NCBI GenBank assembly: GCA_963790305.1
Contig: CAWBOC010000009.1
Location: 512,001 to 576,000 of the forward strand
DNA length: 64,000 nt
Direction of reading: 5' to 3'
Source of the DNA: an uncultured Gemmatimonadaceae bacterium
GTDB taxonomy: Bacteria > Gemmatimonadota > Gemmatimonadetes > Gemmatimonadales > Gemmatimonadaceae
Of the stretch, positions 56,288 to 64,000 are shown in pieces. The notes under the pieces were generated by a model. The model was not told where the DNA came from. It saw only the letters and a list, made by a program, of their open reading frames with translations, and did no database searches. The position numbers were made by a program, and so were the translations under genes. Every line of letters starts with the position of its first letter. Position 1 is the stretch's first letter.

Positions 56288-57924
56288 CGCGGCGCTCTCG
56301 CCGCCGGCAAGCCGAAGGTGGGAACGAGGTCGGGGCGATGCAGGAAGAATCCCTGCACCAATGGGACGCCGAGCTGCTTGACCGTCTCGAGCTCCTCCGC
56401 CCGCTCCACTCCCTCCGCGATCACCATCGCGTCGTGCTCTTCGGCGAACTTCACCATCGTCTCGACGAGATTCTGCTTGATGAAGTTCGTGTCGATCGAG
56501 TTGATGAGAGAAATGTCGAGCTTGATGAAGTCGGGCTCCAGGTTCGCGATCGACCCGAGTCCGGCGTAGCCGCTCCCGGCGTCGTCGACGGCGAATCGGA
56601 AACCGCGGTCGCGGAATGCCTGGAGCCGTTCACGGAACTTGGGATAGTCCTTGATCGCGGTTCGCTCGGTGATCTCGATGACGACGCGTTCAGGATCCGT
56701 CGTCTCGAGCGCGTCGAAGGTGGGATCCGAAAAATCGTGAGGATCGACGTTCAGGAAGAGCAGCTGCTGGTCGGTCAGCCATGACGCCATCCCTTCGACT
56801 GCGCGGCTTCGGCACAACCGCGACAGCTCCCAGATGAGATCGGCCTCGGCAGCTACTTCGAACATTACTTCCGGGCTCCGCAGGCTCCGCATGACGCCGC
56901 GGGCCAAGGCTTCATACCCGAAAATCTCGCCGGTGTCCGTGGTGAGAATCGGGTGATAGTCGATGTAGACGCTGCGAGCGCGAAGCGTGGCCTTGAGATC
57001 GGACACCTTGCGGGCGCGCTCGCGCTCCTCCACGCTCTTCGCGGCGTTGGCCGCCTCGCGAATGCCGCGGTAGATGAGACGCTCGAGTCGGATCTTGGGA
57101 TTGTAGTAGACGTGCGACGAGCCGATGTAGATGTCGAACAGCGCGGCGATCTCCTCACCGTGCGCCTCCTCGAGTCGCTGCGCCACGTGGCGCTCCAATC
57201 GGCTGGCGAGCTCGGTGATCATGCGCTCGCTCGCCGCGGGCACGCCCGGCGCGGGCACGTGGAAGAAGATGAAGTCGTCATCGTTGGTGAAGCCGACCAT
57301 CATCCGCGAGGAGCGAAGCGCGCTGTCGTCGAGGAACTCGTGCACCGATCTGGCGGTGGTCTCGAGAACGGCATCGAGCTTCTCCCATCCGTAGATCTCC
57401 TCGATCTTCGAATATCGAACGAAGTTGAGGTACATCACGACGAGCTCGCCACGCTTGCGGATCCCGCCGCGCATGCGTTCGATCATGACGGGGAGGGTAG
57501 GCAGCCCCGTCAGGGCATCGTACAGCATCTCCTGGTGCTCGACGCGCTCCGCCCGCTCGGCGACCTCGGCCCCCGTTGGCGCGACGCGGCCTAACGCCGT
57601 ATGGATGCGAGCCGCGATCTCCTCGGGGGATGCCGGCGAGCGATACCATTCCTCGACGCGGAAGTCGACCGCCCGGCGGCGCGCCGTCTCATCCTTGCAG
57701 CCCATGATGACCGCAATGCGTCGCTCATGGCTCTTCTCGACCGCGGCGCGGAGAATGGTCGGGTCATCCGTGGTCAGCAACACCGCACGGATATCCGACA
57801 TCGCCTCCAGCGTCTCGACGAGCTCGTCGAGCGGACGCATCTCCAGGCGCCAGCCCGGTAGGGCGGCGACGGCCTCGCGAACTTCCTGGTCGTTGGTGTC
57901 GCTGAGCAGTACGGAAACGGTCAC
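56284..57924 (-). CDS. EAL-domain c-di-GMP phosphodiesterase with degenerate REC and GGDEF domains
   Basis: YEALAR, EITER, DDAGSGY, IKLD, AEGVE, QGF; DALTGLP with GGDEF replaced by NDDDF. Confidence 0.88.
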   Translation of the reverse strand: MTVSVLLSDTNDQEVREAVAALPGWRLEMRPLDELVETLEAMSDIRAVLLTTDDPTILRAAVEKSHERRIAVIMGCKDETARRRAVDFRVEEWYRSPASPEEIAARIHTALGRVAPTGAEVAERAERVEHQEMLYDALTGLPTLPVMIERMRGGIRKRGELVVMYLNFVRYSKIEEIYGWEKLDAVLETTARSVHEFLDDSALRSSRMMVGFTNDDDFIFFHVPAPGVPAASERMITELASRLERHVAQRLEEAHGEEIAALFDIYIGSSHVYYNPKIRLERLIYRGIREAANAAKSVEERERARKVSDLKATLRARSVYIDYHPILTTDTGEIFGYEALARGVMRSLRSPEVMFEVAAEADLIWELSRLCRSRAVEGMASWLTDQQLLFLNVDPHDFSDPTFDALETTDPERVVIEITERTAIKDYPKFRERLQAFRDRGFRFAVDDAGSGYAGLGSIANLEPDFIKLDISLINSIDTNFIKQNLVETMVKFAEEHDAMVIAEGVERAEELETVKQLGVPLVQGFFLHRPDLVPTFGLPAARAPR

Positions 57925-57939
57925 AGAGGAGAGTGCACG

Positions 57940-58335
57940 TCAGCGTCCGGCGCCAATGAGCGCGAGATTGCGTTCGACGCGTGCGTTCAAGTCGCTGAAG
58001 TCGATAGGCTTCGTGATGTAGTCATCCGCTCCCTGCTGGAGCGCCGACTGTTTGTCGTCCCAATCCTTCAGCGCGGTTACCATGATGATACGCACCGACT
58101 TTCCATGCTCCGAATGCTGCTTCATGATCCGGCACACGTCCCAGCCACTGCGGCCGGGCATCATGATGTCGAGCAGCACGAGCGCGGGTCGGGTCTGCTC
58201 GAACTGCGCGAGCGCCTCATCGCCGCCGTTCGCCACCACCACGTGATATCCCCGTGAGGTGAGAAAGTCTCGAAGAAGATCCGCGTTATCGACGTTGTCA
58301 TCGACGACGAGCAGCGTTGCGGCGTTGTGCTCCAT
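57940..58335 (-). CDS. Stand-alone response regulator receiver protein
   Basis: LVVDDN, LLDIMMP, MVTA and DDYITKP motifs. Confidence 0.93.
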   Translation of the reverse strand: MEHNAATLLVVDDNVDNADLLRDFLTSRGYHVVVANGGDEALAQFEQTRPALVLLDIMMPGRSGWDVCRIMKQHSEHGKSVRIIMVTALKDWDDKQSALQQGADDYITKPIDFSDLNARVERNLALIGAGR

Positions 58336-58438
58336 GGGCGTCGTCCTGCCTAGGCTAGTCTAGTGTGTGAATTGGGAAGATGAGGGGCAAGACTCGGGCC
58401 CTATTCCGGGGTGGCGGTGCATCTCGTTGTCGGACAAA

Positions 58439-58500
58439 GAGGTGCTCGAAGTGCTTGCCGTCCCTCGAGCACCTCGAGCACCTCCGACTACCTCGAGCAG
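58439..58500. repeat. Inverted 9-mer tandem-repeat element
   Basis: GAGGTGCTC GAAGTGCTT versus CTCGAGCAC CTCGAGCAC ... CTCGAGCAG. Confidence 0.75.
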
Positions 58501-58510
58501 CGCTTGCCAA

Positions 58511-59173
58511 TCACCGCGGCGATAGCGCCGCCGGTCTCCACGCGATCGAGATGCCGAACCCGTCGTCTTCCCCGAAGAGGTCTCCGCCCGCAAACAGCGC
58601 CGCGAAGCGCAGCGACAGCTGACGGGAGAGCTCCAGATCGGCGCCCAGATCGAAGTTGATCGAGATGTCGTTGTCGTCCTCCCCGCCGCAGTCCGAGCAG
58701 AAATCTACGGACACGCGAGGGTGGACGTATGGCGTCACCGCCATCGCCCCCTCGAGGGGAAAGCGATGCCCTACCGACAGCCCCACTGGAACCCGGAAAA
58801 GGTTGAAATCGCCGAACGCGCCATAGAGCCCAGCGGTCAGCACGAGGTCGAGCGGCATGTCCGGCGTCGCCACGGCCAGCCGACGACCGAGCGCGCCGCC
58901 CAAAATGAAGTACCCATCACCGTTGTCCGGATCGGCAAACCCCGCATCCAGCTTCAGCTCGGTGCGAATGCCGAAGCCCTCGCGCCACTGAAACACCAAC
59001 GCAGTCCCGTAATCGCCTCCGTCAGCGAGCGCGAAGTTGAATTCGCGACTCATGATTTGAGGGTGATTGAACGAGGGGTAGTTCCATCCCTGTGCCGCGG
59101 CGGGCGCGGCGGCGATCACCGTGCAGGCGAACGCGAGAGACCACCGGCGTGCGCGAGCGAGGCCGAGCGACAT
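58511..59173 (-). CDS. Small outer membrane beta-barrel-like hypothetical protein
   Basis: Signal peptide, alternating amphipathic strands (VTPYVHPRV, FDLGADL, FGISIAW). Confidence 0.65.
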   Translation of the reverse strand: MSLGLARARRWSLAFACTVIAAAPAAAQGWNYPSFNHPQIMSREFNFALADGGDYGTALVFQWREGFGIRTELKLDAGFADPDNGDGYFILGGALGRRLAVATPDMPLDLVLTAGLYGAFGDFNLFRVPVGLSVGHRFPLEGAMAVTPYVHPRVSVDFCSDCGGEDDNDISINFDLGADLELSRQLSLRFAALFAGGDLFGEDDGFGISIAWRPAALSPR

Positions 59174-59207
59174 TCACTCTCCCGGGTAGTGGTAGAGCTC
59201 CGCGGCT

Positions 59208-59879
59208 CTACTGCCCACGCCGCAAAGCGTAAGAGACCCCAACTCCGAACGTCCCGCCGGTCGCGCCGGGCTCGCCTTCATCTGCCTTTTGCCCGAGCTC
59301 ATATCCGACGGTGATGCCGAGCGCAGGAACGACAGCGACGTCCACACCGAATGACGCGCGGATGAGACCCTTGCTCTCGGACTCGTCGTCGAAGCTCACA
59401 CGAGTCCAGCTATAAAATGGCGCGGCATAGATTGAAATGCCACGCCGCTCACCGAGTCGTGTCCGCCACGAGATACTCGCGCCGGCCGGCACGTGCAGCA
59501 ACGACACCTCATCCTGCGACGATCCCCCCACGCCCGCGAACGCGCCAATGCCGAGTTTTCCAGCCATCATGGTCTGCGTGATTGGCACCGCTGCCCGCGC
59601 CCCCCATCCCCAGGCTCGATCGCCCTCATCGGGCTTGAAGGCGCCGAACCCTCCGGTCACCTGAAAGCGGGCACTGGCGGGTGACCACGCGAGCGCTCCG
59701 GCGTAACCCTTGGACTCGTCGGATTGCCCATAGTTCACCCCAATGGTAAGGCCCGGGTTGGCAAAAGCGTTCTGAAGCACGGGCACGCCTGGCAGCTGCG
59801 CGTTGACGCTGGTCAATCCCGCGAGTGAAAGCGCCGCCGTCATGATCTGGATGTGACGCCGCGACATGATCGCATTCAT
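59208..59879 (-). CDS. Small outer membrane beta-barrel-like hypothetical protein
   Basis: Signal peptide, amphipathic strands (SIYAAPFYSW, FGVDVAV, FGVGVSY). Confidence 0.65.
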   Translation of the reverse strand: MNAIMSRRHIQIMTAALSLAGLTSVNAQLPGVPVLQNAFANPGLTIGVNYGQSDESKGYAGALAWSPASARFQVTGGFGAFKPDEGDRAWGWGARAAVPITQTMMAGKLGIGAFAGVGGSSQDEVSLLHVPAGASISWRTRLGERRGISIYAAPFYSWTRVSFDDESESKGLIRASFGVDVAVVPALGITVGYELGQKADEGEPGATGGTFGVGVSYALRRGQ

Positions 59880-59934
59880 TGATGTCTCCGTCGGTGATTC
59901 GCGTCACCCGACCGCGCAATGATCGTGCTCCCGA

Positions 59935-59978
59935 GATGCGAGCAGGGGGGCGCCACGTGGCACCCCCCCGTTCGCATC
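59935..59978 (-). terminator. Hairpin after the susD-like gene
   Basis: GATGCGAGCAGGGGGG-CGCCACGTGGCA-CCCCCCCGTTCGCATC. Confidence 0.55.
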
Positions 59979-59993
59979 CTGTTCAACCCACTA

Positions 59994-61400
59994 CTACGCG
60001 CTGCGATTGAGACACCCTGTAAAGTTCGGATTGTTCGTTTCCGCGAACGGGACCGGAAGGTTCACGTCATCCCCGTACTCGCCACCCTTGTAGTGGGTGC
60101 CGCTCGGGAACGTGTTGTCCTCCGTTCGATTGTATTGTCTGATGAGGCGTCGCAGGTCGCCCAGCCGCTGGCCGCGACTGAACGTCCAGAATGCCTTTTC
60201 CCGGAAAAACACGTTGATTGCGTCCGCGAGCGTCGCAGGGACTGGCAGCGCCGCCATGACGGGCGCTTGTACCTCTCCCACCTTTGGCGGTGCCGCGCGG
60301 AGCCCGTTCAGAATCGTCATCATGCCGGCGAAATCCTGCGCACGCATCCGAGCTTCCGCGACGATGAGTCGAGCGTCCAGTCCGCTCACGACCGAGATCG
60401 CCGTCGTCCGGCCGTACAGCGTCGTCGTCCGCGAGTTCGTCTGTCCGTCCTGCGACTTCACGGTGTCGCGTCCATTGGCCGCGATCGTGTACACGACCGG
60501 CAGGCGCGGGTCGGCCGCGGTGAAGAATGGAATGGCGTTTCGAACGAGGAAATTCCGCCCGTTTCCTTCCAGCGAGTCGCCAACCGTGTAGCGCCGTGAG
60601 CTCGCAGGCTGCGCCCAAATGGTATTGTCGCCCGACGTGATGGCGAACGTGTGATTGTATGCGAAGGACAGCGGAATCGAATCGACGAGTGCCGCGGCTT
60701 GCGTCACATCGTTGAGTCCGACCAGCGCACGCCCTTTCGAGACCAGCGCCGCCCGCCGGATAGTGACCGTTGCCGAGTCCGTTGCCGTGGCGATCGCTAT
60801 CGCGGAATCGAACGACGCGATCGCCGTTCGGAACACCGAGTCGATGGACAGCGGCATGCCCGGAATCACCTCGTCGCCCTCGAAGCGGCTCAGCGGGATG
60901 CCGTTGCAGAAATCCTGCGCCATTTGCATCTCGGCGTATCCTCGAGCGAAGAACACGTCCGCAATCGTTCGCGGCGGGTCGGGTCGATACTCTCTGAGTC
61001 CGCGAATCGCGAGATCGGATGCGAGGCGAACTCGCGACAGACCGCGAAACATTCCCGTGACCGTCGAATTGTTGGTCTGGACCTTCCGCTGATCGGTTTC
61101 GTCGTTCTGCACGAACGTCGAGCTCGTCGACCACTCGTCGGCCAGGAGACCGCCGAACAACCACGTACTTCCTTCTCCCCCGGTCCCACCCCCGCCGGTG
61201 ATATCGCGGAAGAAGTCCAGCGCGCCGTTGGCGAGCGCCAACGCCCCTTCCGCATTCTGCACATCCTCCGGACTGATCAGGTCCGGATCCTTTGCCTCCA
61301 GGAGCGAGTCCGTGAGGTCGCACGCCGCAATCGCGAGCAGTCCCGCCGCCGCGAGCACGCGCACCCCCGCTCGGCTCCATGCGGTCATCTCTCGTCTCAT
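59994..61400 (-). CDS. SusD/RagB-family outer membrane lipoprotein
   Basis: Lipobox IAAC, GLLADEW, ARLIVAEA, FREKAFWTFSRGQRLGDLRRL, LPVPFAETNNPN. Confidence 0.88.
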   Translation of the reverse strand: MRREMTAWSRAGVRVLAAAGLLAIAACDLTDSLLEAKDPDLISPEDVQNAEGALALANGALDFFRDITGGGGTGGEGSTWLFGGLLADEWSTSSTFVQNDETDQRKVQTNNSTVTGMFRGLSRVRLASDLAIRGLREYRPDPPRTIADVFFARGYAEMQMAQDFCNGIPLSRFEGDEVIPGMPLSIDSVFRTAIASFDSAIAIATATDSATVTIRRAALVSKGRALVGLNDVTQAAALVDSIPLSFAYNHTFAITSGDNTIWAQPASSRRYTVGDSLEGNGRNFLVRNAIPFFTAADPRLPVVYTIAANGRDTVKSQDGQTNSRTTTLYGRTTAISVVSGLDARLIVAEARMRAQDFAGMMTILNGLRAAPPKVGEVQAPVMAALPVPATLADAINVFFREKAFWTFSRGQRLGDLRRLIRQYNRTEDNTFPSGTHYKGGEYGDDVNLPVPFAETNNPNFTGCLNRSA

Positions 61401-61427
61401 GGGTCTGAGTTCTCCAGGGATGGTCGT

Positions 61428-64000
61428 TTAGAAGCCGAGGTTGACTCGGAAGATGAGCGTCGATGTCGGCCCGAACGTCTGGAACTCGTCAGGCGTATCA
61501 CTCGATTCGCCGGCGAGCCGGTCCGTCTCCGGATCGACGCCACGATAGTCGGACCAGACGGCCAGATTGCGCGCCGTCAGGACGAACTGGGCGCTCGACG
61601 CTCGCATCATCGCCGCCCACCGCTCGGGGGCGCGCAGCGATAGCGACATTTCGCGGAACCGCAGGAAATCGCCCTTCTGGATGAACCCTGCCACCGTGCG
61701 TGTGGGATGGTCGCGCGTGGCGACGACCATGGCCTGCTCCTCGAACGAGGCGCTCGGGTTCATGAGCCCGTTGCAGTTTCCACGGCTCACGCACCGAATC
61801 CGCTCCGTGTTGTTGTACCAGTAATGCCCGCCACGCCAGTCGAACATCGCCTGGACGCGGAGCACGCGCTTGAAGAGATCGAGCCCGCCGGTGGTGGTGA
61901 TGTTGTGGCGCGGCTGGGTGTAGCCGATGAAGCTCGCGACGCTATCGACGAACACCTCGTTCAGCGCCGCGCTCGAGTTGTACGTCAGAATGCCGTCGCC
62001 GTTCTTGTCGTCCCATCCCCGGATCTTCCGCTCCCAGAAACCGAACAGCGGATAGCCTTCCACGACACGAGTGGTGACGCCGATCTGCGGCGGCGTTCCA
62101 CCCAGGCTGATGAGCTTGTTGGAGTTCGTGGAGCCACTCACCGTCAGATCGAAGCCGACCGATTCGCGCTGCAAGAGCTGGGTGTTCACGAGCAGCTCCC
62201 ACCCGTGGTTCTGGACCGCGCCGAGGTTTCTCCGCACCGTCGTGGCGAGGGCGCCGTAGGAGGGAGGAATGACGGCACTGATGAGCGCGTCCTTCGTGCG
62301 CTTGCGGTAATGTGTGAGATCCAGCGTGGCGCGGTCATTGAGGAATCGCGCCTCGAACCCCATTTCGAGCTCGGTCGTGCGCTCCGGCCGCAACACTTCA
62401 TTCCCGATCTCGTCGAATCGGACAGCCGGCACGTCGACGGCGCGGAGGTTCGTCGCCTCGCCGCCATACGTGCGCAGCGCATCATTCGACCCGGGCTGAA
62501 CCCCGGACGCGCCGTACGCCGTGCGAAGTCGGAAGTAGCTCATCCATCCCAGCTCGGGGAAGAATGCCTCATCGGACAGAATCCACGAGACGCTGAACTT
62601 GGGATAGAACACGCGCTGGAACTCGGTGCCGAACGCGCTGTTCTGGTCGGTGCGTACCGCCGCCGTCAGGAAGAGCCGATCGTTGAGCGTGACGGACTCC
62701 TCGACGAACAGGCCGAGCGTCTTGGAATACGTCGACGACTCTCTCGAGCCGGGCTGGGCCGCGTTATTCGGGATCTGCTGTCCCGGTGGAAGGTCTTCAC
62801 CCGACGCCTCACCGAACTGAAGCTTGTAGTCGACGTACTGTACGCCGACCGTCGTCCGCGACAGGATGTTCTCTCGGAATTGCCACGATGCGCTGCTCGC
62901 GAGATCGGCGCTCACGTTCCGAATGTCGGCGCGCGTGTTCGTCTTGAAGCCGAGGCGGTACGTGTTGTTGATCGGGCGGGCCACTCCCGCGCAGCAGCAG
63001 GTTATCGTCGACGCGATCCGTGAAGTCGTTGCCGAAGTTCATTCGCGTGTCGAGCCACGACGTCGGCCGCCAGTTCGCGCTGACGCTGCCAATGTAGCGA
63101 TTGAGCTTCTGACCGAGCTTCTCCTCCCACGAATACCCCGGCGTCCACGCGCGGTAGCCATTGAGCGGAGTGCCAAGGCCGCCGCCCACGGTGCCGTTCT
63201 CGCGATAGCCGGGGCCACCGAACACCTGCGAGCCGATGCCCACCGTCGCGTTGGACTCGGGCGAGTAGCGCTGGTCGATGTTGATGAAGTTGAAAAACAC
63301 CGAGATGTCCAGCGTCGAGCTCGCCGCGGCGCTCAGGTTCGCGCGGAAGCTGTTCCGCCCGAGCACGTTCGGGCGCTCGGTCCACTCTGGAATCGGTAGC
63401 CCTAACGAGTCGAACCGCCGCCGCTCGAACTGTGGCAGCTCGAACACGCCGGTCTCGCCCTCGCGCTCGGCGGACACGAAGTAGCGAACGATCTCGGTGC
63501 CGCCGGAGACCTGCGCGCCGAACTGGTAGCGGTTGCCCATCCCGATCGGCGTGAGGTCGTCGTCTTCCATGATGTCGAGCGTTCGCACGCTGTCGCGGAT
63601 GCACGAACCCGCGGACACCTGTGGGAGCGTGCAAGAGCGTCCGGCCGTCAAGCCGGGGGAATGTCCCCAGATCGTGTAGTTCGTGGGATAGTCGTTCCGG
63701 TCTTTGAGGAGGCCGCCTTCGACGTAGGCCGTCCACTTCGCCGGGCCGGCGCGACCGCGCTTGGTCGTGATCACGACGACGCCGTTCGCGGCGTCGGTGC
63801 CGTACAGCGTAGCCGCCGACGGGCCCTTGACGATCTCAATGTTCTCGATCTCGTCGGGGTTGATGTCGCCCGCCCGGCTCGGCTGCGTGCCACCCGTGAA
63901 GAGCTCCGAGGAGTTGGAGTTCCTCGTCATGCGCACGCCGTCGATGATGTAGATCGGGTCGTTGGAGAGATTGAGGCTGCTCTGCCCGCGAATGCGGACG
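61428..64000 (-). CDS. SusC/RagA-family TonB-dependent receptor, 5'-truncated by the window edge (apparent +1 frameshift at ~62975)
   Basis: RIRGQSS...DPIYIIDGV, DINPDEIENIEIVKGPSAATLYGTDAANGVVVITTKRG, terminal VNLGF; frames join as GSGPPINNTY. Confidence 0.93.

Overview
High-GC bacterial chromosomal window. The gene content (SusC/SusD pair, PorV-like protein, dnaE-accA-ricT-metG, lipA-pdhABC-lpdA-lipB, many lipoproteins) suggests Gemmatimonadota; this is an inference from protein style, not a database result. No rRNA, tRNA, CRISPR array or transposase was recognised. The most notable block is a 10-gene minus-strand operon (52928->40954) resembling the core of the myxobacterial Agl-Glt gliding/surface-transport machine: two TPR scaffolds, a GltF/CglF-like protein, an ExbB/TolQ plus two ExbD motor subunits and a GltG/AgmX-type TonB-like protein. 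It is headed by two paralogous YjbH-like outer-membrane barrels with C-terminal coiled coils. A second copy of the GltG-type C-terminal domain sits on a lipoprotein in the neighbouring TPM-nucleotidyltransferase-LemA operon. Also present are a protease operon with T9SS-like features (S8 protease with CTD-like tail coupled to a PorV-like gene) and seven intergenic inverted 7-mer/9-mer tandem-repeat elements. Six apparent +1 frameshifts, four of them GATG->GAATG, are most likely sequencing errors and create false fusions or splits in the ORF track. All assignments are by eye from motifs; no searches were run.
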